From: Octopus sinensis | Taxonomy: Eukaryota | Length of the DNA stretch: 49,010 nt | NCBI RefSeq assembly: GCF_006345805.1 | Contig: NW_021834448.1 | Coordinates: 1 to 49,010, forward strand | Direction of reading: 5' to 3' | Shown here: piece by piece, positions 26,720 through 38,760 of the stretch | How the letters are laid out: each line of letters opens with the position of its first letter | How positions within the stretch are numbered: position 1 is the first letter of the stretch | Translations under genes and position numbers: made by a program | Notes under the pieces: generated by a model | The model's input: the letters and a program-made list of their open reading frames with translations, nothing else | The model's database searches: none | Told to the model about the DNA's origin: nothing

Positions 26720-26900
26720 AAGAAAACACCACTGCACCACACCACGCTTGCACTAAACATGAACGACCCTCAAAACCCTCTTATTTGGTTCAAATGCTGC
26801 GCCTTATTATCGCCGAGGATCTTTCTTGGAGAAAGCACATTCTTATCCAAGAGGCTAAATTTTCTATTTAGGGTCATCAGACTACCATTCAAGCCGCCCT
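26720..26900 (+). mobile_element. Old CR1/L2-group LINE RT fragment
   Basis: LRLIIAEDLSWRKHI resembles the LGV.I..DLSW..HI motif after RT domain 7. Confidence 0.45.
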
Positions 26901-26972
26901 CCTCCCCGACCCAATCGTTTCTTTTCTTCTCATCGCTCGTAGACCATTCTTCGCCCTGACAGCCCCATATAT

Positions 26973-27117
26973 ATATTGCGAACAGGAGCGAGCTATTGCC
27001 ATCTCTATAAGACGAGGTGTCCAGTATTGAAGAGCAGAAGAAATAGCCCGAAACCAGGATGGTCTGCTGGTCCCGTCGTTAGAAGGTGGTAAGGGTTCGC
27101 TCCCCTACTCGCAATAT
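26973..27117 (+). ncRNA. Type I hammerhead-like ribozyme (core 27021-27070) capping a long rod
   Basis: Stem I CCAGUA/UGCUGG; core UUGAAGA..GAAA; stem III ACCA-GGA-UGGU; GUC triplet; extended pairing out to 26973/27117; stem II weak. Confidence 0.6.
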
Positions 27118-27773
27118 CTTGGATGCAGCTGTGCATCGTTAACCAGATAGAGATGTCCTCTTGGGGTTAAAGGATTGCAATAAAGTTCATTTGAACGGAC
27201 AACCATGCTGCAGTGGCTACAAACATGACTTGTTAGTACAACTACTGCGTTGATCTTTTAGAGAGATTTTACAACGAGCATTTTCGAACGAAATTTGTTT
27301 TGCAAAAAAAAAAAAAAAGAACTATTAAAGAGACTCTAAAAGTTTATGTAAACGATTCGAAAATTCAAAACCGAAAGTTTGATATATACTCTTGGAGTTT
27401 ATCGAATAAATTACAATTTTCGTTTCCCTGTGCCACATGAACTCCCAAAGAAACAAGTCTTTAGAATGGTTGGTTCCACAACGTCGTTCCTTTCTCTCAT
27501 TTTAGACCGGCCCATGTGCTTTCAACTTGCTACACGTGGGTCCCATCTTTGTTGCAGCGATCAAAGTAGTGACATTCGCACGCGAAAACTCGACAGACAA
27601 CAAGTTTGTTACTATGGAAACAGACATCAATGTGGGATTTACAGTCATGTGTTCAATGGTGGCTTTCGATTGGCTAAAATCACTTCTAAATTTTTACACT
27701 TTAAAAACTGTTAACTTTTTATTTACTAATTTATGGCGGAAATGAATTTTATTTTCATAATTAGCATAATTCT

Positions 27774-27890
27774 GGTTTCAGTCCCACTGCGTGGCACCTT
27801 GGGCAAGTGACTTTTATTATAGCTTCGGGCCGACCAAAATCTTGTGAGTGGATTTGGTAGACGGAAACTGAAAGAAGCCCGTCCTATATG
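27774..27890 (+). mobile_element. SINE family A fragment
   Basis: tcagtcccactgcgtggcaccttgggcaag..gaaagaagcccgtc. Confidence 0.85.
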
Positions 27891-28663
27891 TATAGGTTAG
27901 AAATTTACCTGTCAATAAATTTCTAGCTAATATTTTGTGTATCTTGTGTTAAACTATGATTCAAAGATGGTCAAGAGAATGGTGTATCTGGAATTGTGCT
28001 GTTTTCTCCTCTTAGTGGGTAGTTCGGTTGGTGAATGTAACGCTAATACTCAATGTTTGGTTGTGAAGGGGTGAATGTATGGGCTGTTGTTACACACAGA
28101 ATTTTGAGGATTTTTACAGTTTGTGAATTCTATATGATTTGGAAATGCAATAAAATAGTTGAGAGCTGATTAAGTGATTGTCAAGAACTCTAACAGAAAG
28201 GTGCGATTTATTATTAAATATTACTTACTTTGATGTTGTTTAAATCCAGAAGAAAATAATATTTAGTGAAATATTAGCCATTCCATTTGTTCTGCTTCAG
28301 TGTCAGACGCTGGGTTATTTGACAGGTTTAATATGACGTCATAATATAACTTCCTTCTCTTTATTTTTAGATCTCGCTCCCTCTTTCTCCTATCTTTCTC
28401 ATTCCCTCTCTTTCTCGCTACAGATTTGTCTTTGTTATATACATATAGATATGTGTGTGTGTATATATATATATATATACACATACATATATGTATACAT
28501 GTATACATACACACACACACATATACTTATATACATACATACATACATACATACATACGTAATTCCTGAAAGTACTAGTTTATTTCAATATTGTAAAATT
28601 GTAAAAATTGTAAATAATAAAACGCGAAAATCAGACGAGCTTGCAATTTCATAGATTAATATA

Positions 28664-28806
<143 letters not shown>

Positions 28807-29296
28807 AGGACCTCGAACGCACAAGAGTAAACAAGAGAGACAGAGAGACAGAGAGAGAGGGCAGAAGAAGAGAAAAAGGAAAATGCCACTTGTATTTGAA
28901 CTCTATACAAATATTCTTTTAAAAAAACTTTTCTCTAATTTTTCTAAATTAATTATTAATCGTTACAGTGTGAAAAAGTTTCAATGACTTGAAACCGGTA
29001 CTGAAATGCTTTTATAAAATTATTTTAGCATTTTCTATCTTGACTTTTTTTTCCATACATATTATATTATATATATATATATATATAATGTGAAATAGAA
29101 AGATGAATAATCTTGTAGTAGATTAATCAACAGTTTAACCGATACCTTAGTAGCAAAAATCAACAGCAGTAAACAGCACGGTTGGAGGTACAACCATCTG
29201 GCGTTGCACCGTGCGTTGGTGCGGATAATTGAAATTAAACATTATTGGTGATTGAAGAAATGGAGGCTGAACGCAGATTGAAAAGGAATCGTTTTA

Positions 29297-29384
29297 TTTC
29301 ATTTACACGTGTTTCGAAAGGCACAAATTACCAAAATCCGATTGAATAATGGGACCATATTGTGTCTTTCTCTTCAGGAAGAAA
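29297..29384 (-). ncRNA. Type I hammerhead ribozyme motif in Penelope pLTR
   Basis: CUGAAGA; stem II GAAAGACACAA/UUGUGCCUUUC; GAAA; palindromic stem III ACACGUGU; GUA triplet; stem I eroded. Confidence 0.75.
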
Positions 29385-29989
29385 AAAGGAAATCCGTTGG
29401 AAAAAAAAAAACAGAACAGAGGCGGAGCCAAAAAAAAATCGAACTGTGCTCCTAAGAGCCCATGGCGAAACTGTTTATCAGTGTATGTTGAGAACGGTGG
29501 CTGAAGAATTCAACGGGTCAGTCATCGGTCAATCATGTGGGTGAGGGTGTATAGATGTTCTTTGTGACTGAGAATAAAGATCTGACTATTTAAAGAATAT
29601 TGGATGTTTTATAAGTGGCGAGAAAAATCTACTTAGAGACGTGTGTGTGTGTATACTGTTCTATATATGGTGTGTTGGCGTAGGGTAGAAAACATTTTTT
29701 GTGTACGTGTGTGCGTTTGATCGTTCGGCTTGTCAGTGGCTACTGCCGTGATACCGTTGGGTGGCAGAAAGAAAAAAATTAAAAAATATATATATATATT
29801 ATGTTTTATGTGTGTGTGTGTTCATCTAAGCCTACTTGTCAAGGAAAACCCCCGCTGTGAAACAACAAGCCCCGTTTGTCTTACATGAGTAATCCCCTTG
29901 CAGTGGTCAATCGTAGATATCTTAAGGCTATTTCAGAATTGTTACCAAGGGCTATGGGTGCCGGTATTATTTATAAACGCTATTTAAAG

Positions 29990-30345
29990 GCCAGATAAGT
30001 GTAACGCCGCCAATGGGGGCATCGAAAAGCCGACGTAAGAGCCCCGTACCATCCGGCCTCTGGCAAACAAAATATGGAAGAGTTCGGAGAACACAAAGGT
30101 TGCACTGTCTTCTGCCCCTATCAAATGGAGGGCCACCGACAAAATTGACCATTCCAGGCTATAGCTTAAGTTCGACATCCTTCAGTCGCCATATTAGCTT
30201 ACTGAGTCCCGTGGTCTGGCGCTTGTTCACGTCCCGAAAAGTTGCGTAATGGTGGAGACACGCAAAGACAATCTTGAGGATGATGCCCCTACATAAGTGA
30301 AGGCATCTGAGTCCGTGTAAACCTTGCATTGGTAGACGGCGTTTT
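29990..30345 (-). pseudogene. Frameshifted GIY-YIG endonuclease of a Penelope-like element
   Basis: AVYQCKVYTDSDAFTYVGASSSRLSLR (30340 downward), then across frameshifts HHYATF..TTGLSKLIWRLKD, YSLEWSIL and CNLC..ELFHIL. Confidence 0.75.
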
Positions 30346-30734
30346 TGATCTTGGAGTTCGCCGACGTGAATCTTAATCTGCTAGGATTGGTTTCTGAAAT
30401 TAGAACTGCGTTCCTGTACTATATTCGTTCCGAGACCTGCAGCCGCTTACTACTCATTTTCCACTACGTCACTATTAACTATAGGAATAACCCTGATTCT
30501 CCACTATCTATCAGAGTGCTGTCATTGCTACGGCCGTGGTACTGCTAGCGGGAAATGATGCTGGGGATGCTAATGGGGCTCTCTACCCTACTCCCATTGT
30601 TACCGTCAACCACAACACCCTATTTATAACTATACCCCTAGTGGGTACTCCCTGGCTGGAGCGAGATTATGTGTCACTGTACTGGCTCTCATATATATAT
30701 ATATTGGCATGGGTGGGGCCCTGATCAATTTGGA

Positions 30735-32356
30735 TCAATCGGTCCCGTCTTCCGCGGCTGGATAGCCGCTTTGTACAGAGGTTTCCGTTCGGTAATTCGC
30801 GTAAATGGACATCTATCGAAACCTTTCGACATTGCACGTTCGGTCCGTCAGGGATGCCCCCTCTCGTCGCTTCTCTACGTATTGACTCTCAAGCCATTAC
30901 TGCGGAAGCTGGCGACTCTGCGGGACATCCCGCGAGAATTGGGATGGGGGACGAGCGTGTCTGCATTCGCGGACGACGTTACCGTCATAGTGTCTAGCCA
31001 CGAGCAAATCGAGCTGGTCGGCGAGGCACTGAAAGACTACGAAGCGGTGACAGGAGCGAAAATCAACCGGGAAAAGTCAGTGGGCTTGCGGCTCGGCACC
31101 TGGAGAAGCAAGCCCATGCCGTCCACCAGCGCTTCCGTCGTGGGACGCTGGACCAACGGTCCGGTCGAGTTGCTCGGGGTCTGGTTTGGTCCGGATTTCC
31201 AAATGGAGAAGAACTGGAACGAGATAACGAGTAGGGAGGTCACTCTCGCTCGGCAATGGGCCGAGAGGAAACTGTCCCTAAAAGGTCGGGCGGAGGTGGA
31301 GAACATGTGCATCGCGTCCGTCATCTACTACCGCCTGACCGTCGTGCCTTGTCCCGACCTTACCATCACCAAACTAGAACACATTCTCTTCCGCTTCTTG
31401 TGGAAAGGATGCGTCCCGATGGTCAGGCGATCCATTTGCTGTCAACACCCATTAAAAGGAGGACTGGGCATGCCGTAGTTGATGATGCGCTGATGCGCAG
31501 ACACGCGCTGAGACTGCGACATCTCCGGCTCTACGTAGACGACGGTGAACAGGTGTGGTCGCGTTTGTAAAGCACGCTTTCCCGCAGCTCGTCTCCATGA
31601 CTGAACTACAGTCGTGGATCAAAAAGAGGCCGAGGAAGGGCGAATAGCACAGCGAGTGTCGCGTTGCTCTCAGGCAACTCTGCCGTCACGGGTCGACCTT
31701 GAGTGACTTCAACACAACCAAAGCATTCTATAGGGGATTAGTGGAGGGGAGGTACGACGACGATCTTGGGGCAAACCTGGACGTCGACGAGGAATACCTG
31801 CCCCGCCTGTTCAGGACAACTTTCGGGCCAGGACCCATGGACAACTTCCAGAGATCCCTGGCCTGGCAGTGCTACCGAGAAGCGCTACCCGTTCGGGATA
31901 AGCTCTACAGACACGGCTCGAGAAACACGGAGCCGACCTGCCCGAGATGCGGTCAGAGCGACGAAACCGTTCTGCACGCACTCATGCAGTGTCCAACCAT
32001 TTCCGACCTGTGGGCTTATGTCGAACGACTGCTGTCATGTGTGGGACGACTCGGTTTATCAGCCGAGTCTATCGTCAATATTGTCACGCCTCCTTCCTTC
32101 AAACGGGAAGGAAGAGCTATTTTCATCAAACTTGTGGCTATGGCGAAAGAATGTATCTGGTGGACGCGTCTGAAAGGATTGAAGACAAACACTTTCCTCT
32201 CTGGTCAATCTCTCATCAACTTCAAGTATCACTTGAAAAGGAAAGTGAGAATAGAGAGGCAAGTTTTGCCTAGCGAATGTTTAAAAAAGAAGATGGGTGA
32301 ATGTAGCAAGGATGGCACGTATGAATGACGAAGCCACCTTGAGCATAATCCTATGA
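30735..32356 (+). pseudogene. Disrupted ORF2 reverse transcriptase (L1/Tx1)
   Basis: ORFs 30669..31478 and 31699..32328 are pieces of one broken frame. Confidence 0.88.
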
Positions 32357-32664
32357 ACCCGGAAAAATTTTAAACAGAGAGTTGCTTACTTGCAAATAAA
32401 TATGTTAACATGTGACATTATTGACCGTGTTTACCGTGGTCTTTTCCGTAGGCTTTTCTTTCCACGGATAAACCTTATCTGCTTCCCCCTTTACACTTTA
32501 CATCATGACATTTCTGTGATACACGATCAATAGGGATCGTTTTTTTGTTTCCTTTTTACGATCCCTTTTAATCGAAAACCTACCCCACTTTTTTCTTCTC
32601 CCCAAAAAGAAAAGCTCTACTTTGTAATTTGTCCCGTCCGTGTGCAGCCCTGTGTGGCTAATAA

Positions 32665-32668
<4 letters not shown>
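30735..32668 (+). mobile_element. 5'-truncated L1/Tx1-clade LINE (RT C-terminal half, zf-RVT, 3' UTR)
   Basis: SVRQGCPLSSLLY, AFADDVTV, GAKINREKS, LSLKGR, GGLG, CPRC..ETVLHALMQC; in-frame stops; AATAAA then (TA)n. Confidence 0.92.
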
Positions 32669-32699
<31 letters not shown>

Positions 32700-33326
32700 T
32701 TCCCTCTTTCTCTCTCTGACACACACACACATCTATATCGATAAACACATTGATTGATTGACTAAAATAGTTAGATCAATAGATAGGGATATTCCAACGT
32801 AACTAGGTTTCTTTCTGAGGTTTACGACTTTTTTACATTTTAATTCACCCTATTTTTTAAATGATTTTAATCATTAATTTCTGTAAACTATTATTATTAA
32901 ACTATAAATTTTTTTCTGTGGTTTTTGATGTATTTTGAATAAATCTGACCCTCAAAACCGTCGAAATATCATCAAAGTGGGATTTGTGTAAACGTAAAAA
33001 CTACTTAAACTACAACTTAGTGTGTATATATGCGATTATATATGTGTGTATACATATATGTGTGTGTATAACCTGTCTCTATCTGAAGAAACATTTGCCA
33101 AGTATTTTAACATTTCTTTTGAGTTGATTGAAAACAAAATCTTTAAATACCAGTAATTATTTGAAATTATGTTTCATGCATTTGATAGAAAAATAATTAT
33201 TGATCCAAAGTCGTCTGTTGTGCATCATACACATATCTATATATATAAGAGTGTGTATATATGCATACGCGTATGTATGCATGTATCTCTCTCTTTCTCT
33301 CTCTCCCTACTCTGTGTGCGTGTGTA

Positions 33327-33383
<57 letters not shown>

Positions 33384-33619
33384 GTGTGTGTGTGTGTGCG
33401 CGTGTGTGTGTGTGCGTTGTTCCGATTGAAATGCTTATAAAAATATGAATTCCATCTTTATCATAAATATTATTACATACATAAAAATAATGCGATTTTT
33501 GTTCACTTAAAGTATGCTTAATCTTCCGTAATACAAGAAATATTCCTGATTGAAATCAATATTATCGATCTAAGAAATATTTATCTTGTTTTATCTTGGT
33601 TTTATACAATTTGTATACC

Positions 33620-33633
33620 GTTTCCATGGAAAC
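33620..33633. promoter_or_regulatory. Perfect palindromic RFX X-box-like motif
   Basis: GTTTCCATGGAAAC; function not demonstrated. Confidence 0.25.
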
Positions 33634-33996
33634 AAAAGCTTTCACTAAACTTACTGAATCAACATTTATTATCAAGGCAACTTAACACACACACACACAC
33701 ACACACACACATACGGGCACATACAGAGACACGTACGCGCGCATATGTATGTTATCTGCTTAATTATTTAAAGTCTCCCTGTAAAAATGAGCTGGTTTCT
33801 AACAAACATACAAAGCGTCACTGTTTTGAAATGTAGATAACAAAAAAAGTATCACATTTTAAACTTGAGAAAAGTCTTACATATTTTGACTGTTCCATTT
33901 ACAGATCGTATTTGCAATGTGAGAGTCAGTTGTTTGGCTTCTTTTTCTGAAAATCCAAGCTTATCCAGACTGACTGTTAGCCATTTATATATATAT

Positions 33997-34051
<55 letters not shown>

Positions 34052-34054
<3 letters not shown>

Positions 34055-34338
34055 TAATAAATATTAGGGAATAAATCCAAACTTACAGGGAAAAATCAGA
34101 TTTAGGATTGAATCCAATTTTATAGTAAAATATTATATTATATTAAATTAGAGACAAAACCACTATTATGCAAATCAAACAAAGAAAGACTTAAGCCATA
34201 CATAAATTAATTTATATTATTTATAAAGTAACAATTATTAATATCCACTACGATCGTTTCGTGTCTTCAGTCATCAAATCTTTGAGTAGTAGACATTCAT
34301 CAGGTGGTTTCAGAATATTCTTGGCGAGTTTTAAACAA
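34052..34338 (-). mobile_element. Penelope pLTR-like fragment with hammerhead; an inverted piece of it lies at 35382-35405
   Basis: Starts at a (TA)n tract; contains a canonical hammerhead core; perfect 24-bp inverted copy of 34137-34160 next to another (TA)n tract. Confidence 0.6.
34245..34307 (-). ncRNA. Type I minimal hammerhead ribozyme
   Basis: Stem I CCAC/GUGG; CUGAUGA; stem II (A.C) UGUCU/AGACA; GAAA; palindromic stem III ACGAUCGU; GUA triplet. Confidence 0.82.
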
Positions 34339-35560
34339 TATGTATGTATGTTGTAAACAATATGATGTATGTATGTAGTATGTATGTATATATGATGTAT
34401 GTATTTGGGTATGTATGTATGTATATGTTGTATGTATGTATGTTAGTATGTATGATGTATGTATGCATGTATGGTGTGTGTATGTATGAATGAATGACTG
34501 TATGTATGTATGTAGGTATGTATGTATTGTATGCATGTATGTATGTATGGATATATGTATGCATGTATGTATGTATGTATGTATGTCTGTGTATGTATTG
34601 CATGTATGTATGTATGTATGTATGTATGTATGTATGCGTGTGTGTATGCATGAATGAATGTATGTATGTATGTATGTATGTATGTATGTATGTATGCATG
34701 TATGCGTGTGTGTATGCATGAATGAATGTATGATGTATGTATGTATGTATGTATGTATGCATTGTATGTATGTATGTATATATGTATGCATGTATGTATG
34801 TATGTATGTATGTATGTATGATATGTATGTATGTATGTATGTATGTATTATGTATGTATGTATGATGTATGTATGCATGTATGTATGTATGTATGTATGT
34901 ATGTATGATGTATGCATGTATGCGTGTGTGTATGCATGAATGAATGTATGTATGTATGTATGTATGTATGTATGTATGTATGATGTATGTATGTATGTAT
35001 ATATGTATGCTGTATGTATGTATGTATGTATGTATGTATGTAGTATGTATGTATGTATGCATGTATGTATTGTATATATGTATGCATGTATGTATGTATG
35101 TATGTATGTATGTATGTATGTATGATGTATGTATGTTGTATGTATATATGTATGATGTATGTATGTATTGTATGTATGTATGTATGGTATGTATGCATGT
35201 ATGGTGTGTGTATGCATGAATGAATGTATGTATGTATGTATGTATGTATGTATGTATGCATGTATGTATGTATGTATATATGTATGAATGATGTATGTAT
35301 GCATGTATGCATGTATGTATGTTATGTATGTATGATGTATGCATGTATATGTGCAGGTTTGTATGTTTTGTTTTAAACAAAGTTTTGTCTCTAATTTAAT
35401 ATAATAATATATATATATATATAATATATATATATGTATGTATATGTATGTATGTATGTATGTATGCATGTATGTATGTATGTATGCATGTATGTATGTA
35501 TGTATGTATGTATGCATGTATGCGTGTGTGTATGCATGAATGAATGTATGTATGCATGTA
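34339..35560. repeat. Degenerate (TATG)n array with recurring anchor GTGTGTATGCATGAATGAATG
   Basis: Visible; source of the 435-aa and 349-aa poly-HTYI ORFs. Confidence 0.92.
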
Positions 35561-35900
35561 TATGTGCAGGTTTGTATGTTTTGTTTTATGTATGTATTCT
35601 CGTGCATATAGTTACATATCTAGATATGCTCATATATACTTAAATGATAAACTTCTGGAATGTTTTACGGTTCTTCACAGTTCCAGTGATTGATTGGATC
35701 TGTAGACTTCGAATTAGCTTTCTCCTTTCTGGTTTTGAGAAGCCTAATTTCTCAAGAGTGGTATTTAGTAGTATGTTACATATCCCAATAATTACAGGTA
35801 TAAACCTGAACTTCTAATCTGTATAGTGTAACTGCAGATTTCTTAATAGTTCAGCATAGGTGTTCTCTTTTTCACTGATCTTCAGCTTTCTGTTAACATC
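35435..35900 (-). mobile_element. 3' end of an RLE-clade (R4/Dong-like) LINE with TACA-rich 3' UTR
   Basis: Minus-strand DVNRKLKISEKENTYAELLRNLQ..FRFIPVIIG..LEKLGF..LQIQSITGT resembles the K..KY..L / P..IG tail of a restriction-like endonuclease; stop near 35641. Confidence 0.65.
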
Positions 35901-37241
35901 TTCCTATGTATGTGTGTATATATGGATATGTATGTTTGTAAGCTTTGATTTTGCTCGGGAATCTTTTCTGGGCCCTCCTGAAGGTCTGTCATGAAGGGTT
36001 CTTGGTGTCCTTTCTCAGTTTCAAAAAGGGAAAACATATTTCCAGATATTTTCAGCTGTTATTGTCAATCATTAATACCAATGAGAAGTAACAATAGATA
36101 TTATAAAACCATTTTCGGTTGCTGTTGCTGTTGTTTTTGTTGTTAATCAAACCTGATTGAGCGAAAACATTAAAGTATTCCGCTCACAACCTCTTAAGTC
36201 CTCCGTTACATTTTTCTTCGATGTGACAACATTAGCTGTTGTTTCTAGCAGACGAAGAAGCTACTTAAAGGCTCCCACATTCGACTTTTTTTTGCTTTTT
36301 GCTATTTGTATTCTTTATCCCCGGATCAACCGTGGCCTGGGTAGAAGACACCTGGAATGAAAGGTATTCTATCCGTGAATATCCAGGGGTTTTTTTTCCT
36401 TCTCAGACAAAATGAATTTAGAATTCCATTGTTTAATGTGTCCTTTCTTTTGGTACAAAAACGATAAAGTAAGATTTGAGAGATATTTGGCTGTTATTTC
36501 TAGCATATTTTGTGAACACATAGAGGTCTCCCACTCATTGATTCGCTTTTTTAGTTCAGGAATTGTCACAAAGTTATTGTAATTATTGAGATAAAGAGAA
36601 TCAAATGTAAAATCAGAAAAGATTTAAGTAAATAGCATTTAAAAATTCATTTGCTTTTGTTTCCATCCACCAAATATTTTCGATTTGATCTCGATATCCT
36701 TCCTTCTCCATGGAATCGGTTGCGCGTTGCGTAGCTACGTAAACAAAATATCTTTGCTGGCGTCGCTGTAGGTTTCTTATTATCATTATTTAGGTTTGTA
36801 TATATTAGCTCTTGTGGACATTAAAAGAATAAATTATCATTATTATTATTTAGTTATATGAATATCTTTAACATTGAGAGAGAGAGAGAGGTAAGGATAT
36901 AAATATATATAAAGAGGGAGAAAGAGCGAGAGAAAGAGTGAGAGAGAACGCGTATGTGAAAAGAGAAAAATGCTGAAGAACGTTAATATAAGTTAGGATG
37001 TGATTTAGTGGCTTTAATGCCTAGCCTGAAACGTGGTTAAATATAATTAGTTCCTTGGTGTAGAGTTGAAGGTGCAATGGGATTCCGACCGTTTTATTTT
37101 TATTTGCCACGATTTGAATTTTATTTTGTTTTAAATTTACTGACGTTAAAGAGAACTGCTTTTTGTTTTATTAGCTTTTCTTTTTCCCCCTTCCTTCTTT
37201 CATTATTATTTTGTTTCTCTCTTTTCTTCTTACTTTCTGCC

Positions 37242-37284
<43 letters not shown>

Positions 37285-37643
37285 CTCTCCCCCCTCTCCC
37301 TGCCTAGGGTTTTCTAAAATCTATTCTTTCTACATTTCTTCAATGTCTTCTATTTGCCTCTCTTTCTCTCTTCTCTCACTCCTCTCTCCATGTGTGCGTA
37401 TGTGAGTGTGTGCGTGTGAGCGTGCGTGTGTGTCTAATGTGTGTGTTTGTATGTGTGTGTTTATAAATCTATGTGTATTGTATTTTTGTTCGTAAGAATG
37501 AATGAAAATGACAGACGATACTTAGGTAACATCGCTCCAAACATCGTACGCTACAATATACACAAACACACCTACACATCTTCCAATACACACGCTAACC
37601 TGTAATTTTCAAAATCTTACCAACTGCCCACTAGGAGGATCCT

Positions 37644-37876
37644 ATTTCTTTACTACCCACAAGGGGCTAAACACAGAGAGGACAAACAAGGACAGACAAA
37701 CGGATTAAGTCGATTATATCGACCCCAGTGCGTAACTGGTACTTAATTTATCGACCCCGAAAGGATGAAAGGCAAAGTCGACCTTGGCGGAATTGGAACT
37801 CAGAACGTAACGGCAGACGAGATACGGCTACGCATTTCGCCCGGCGTGCTAACGTTTCTGCCAGCTCGCCGCCTTC
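37644..37876 (-). mobile_element. tRNA-derived SINE (family B) with 11-bp TSD
   Basis: TSD AGGAGGATCCT at 37633-37643 and 37877-37887. Confidence 0.92.
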
Positions 37877-38632
37877 AGGAGGATCCTGCCTCTCAACCAC
37901 TGTGGTATAGAGCCATTCTCATACCATTCGATGGCATTACAAGACACTACATGGACATGACAGCCGATGACCTGAAAGGAAGGTATACACATTGAATGCA
38001 CCTTTTTCAGGTGCAGCGATGGGGACAACTTCACCTCACTGCCCTGTGAGACTTTTGTGGCCATCGGAACAACTTCCCTAATATCGGATGGAATATCATT
38101 GACAATGCCCCTCCGTACTCACCTGAGACTTGTAACTTCCAACTCCATGACAACTCCAGATCAAACACACTCCACAAACCTGCGGCATTCATCAACTGGA
38201 AGAATGATTTATCTTAATGTTACAATCACAGGTACGCTCTGACCTTCGAGCCACTGGCAGCTGACAATCCAAGTATAACATCTTAGGACTGGCTTCTCCA
38301 TACTCAAAGGCACGTTACTATCCACCGTCTCTCAAACAGACCATTTTGACAGTCCAACCAAGTATCACTAAATCGTAATCCAGCACCACCCAATCGGTTC
38401 CCTCCCAGGGAAAGGCTGTGTTGCCACTGTAGTATTTGTTAATCCTCCACTAACCTGTGACAACATCCTGCTCTGTTATTGTTGCAGCAAATGCAAGGAA
38501 CTGATGTCGCTGTATATATATACCATACCGCAGCTGCCAGACACAGTGGCGACAGTTACCTATCCCGCACGTACTTGTGGGCCTAAGAACAAAGAAAATA
38601 ACTGATTTCGCTTCCAACCCAATAACACCACA
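37877..38632 (+). mobile_element. Probable decayed Gypsy-type LTR element: integrase remnant, PPT and 3' LTR (38417-38632)
   Basis: SDGDNFTS (cf. integrase SDNG.QFTS), VTIHRL (cf. VSIDRLK), RNPAPPNR; purine run AGGGAAAGG then TGTGTTG...CACCACA with an internal TATA-like tract. Confidence 0.45.
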
Positions 38633-38704
38633 TCACTTTCGTTGATCAACACAGCTCTAACATCTAGAAGTTATCTTGGATTCGTCTCATGTCCTTATTC
38701 GGTT

Positions 38705-38760
38705 TCCAGATTCCTGACGAGTTACGTTCGTTCTGCCAACGAAACTTTCCGTTGCATGGA
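38705..38760 (+). ncRNA. Hammerhead-like motif
   Basis: CUGACGA; GUU/AAC stem II; GAAAC-UUUCC-GUU; poor stem I (UCCA/UGGA distal). Confidence 0.35.

Larger units (their letters stand above)
29089..30690 (-). mobile_element. Penelope-like element, 3' portion (GIY-YIG remnant plus pLTR with hammerhead), bounded by (TA)n
   Basis: Endonuclease remnant followed ~0.6 kb downstream on the same strand by a hammerhead motif, the established PLE architecture. Confidence 0.75.

Noticed and set aside
34300-35607. 435-aa and 349-aa minus-strand ORFs
   Set aside because: Translation of (TACA)n microsatellite.
34245-35900. Hypothesis that the RLE-clade LINE carries a 3' hammerhead
   Set aside because: An intervening (TA)n tract, a 24-bp inverted piece and an 11-bp direct repeat better fit a separate PLE-like insertion next to the LINE.
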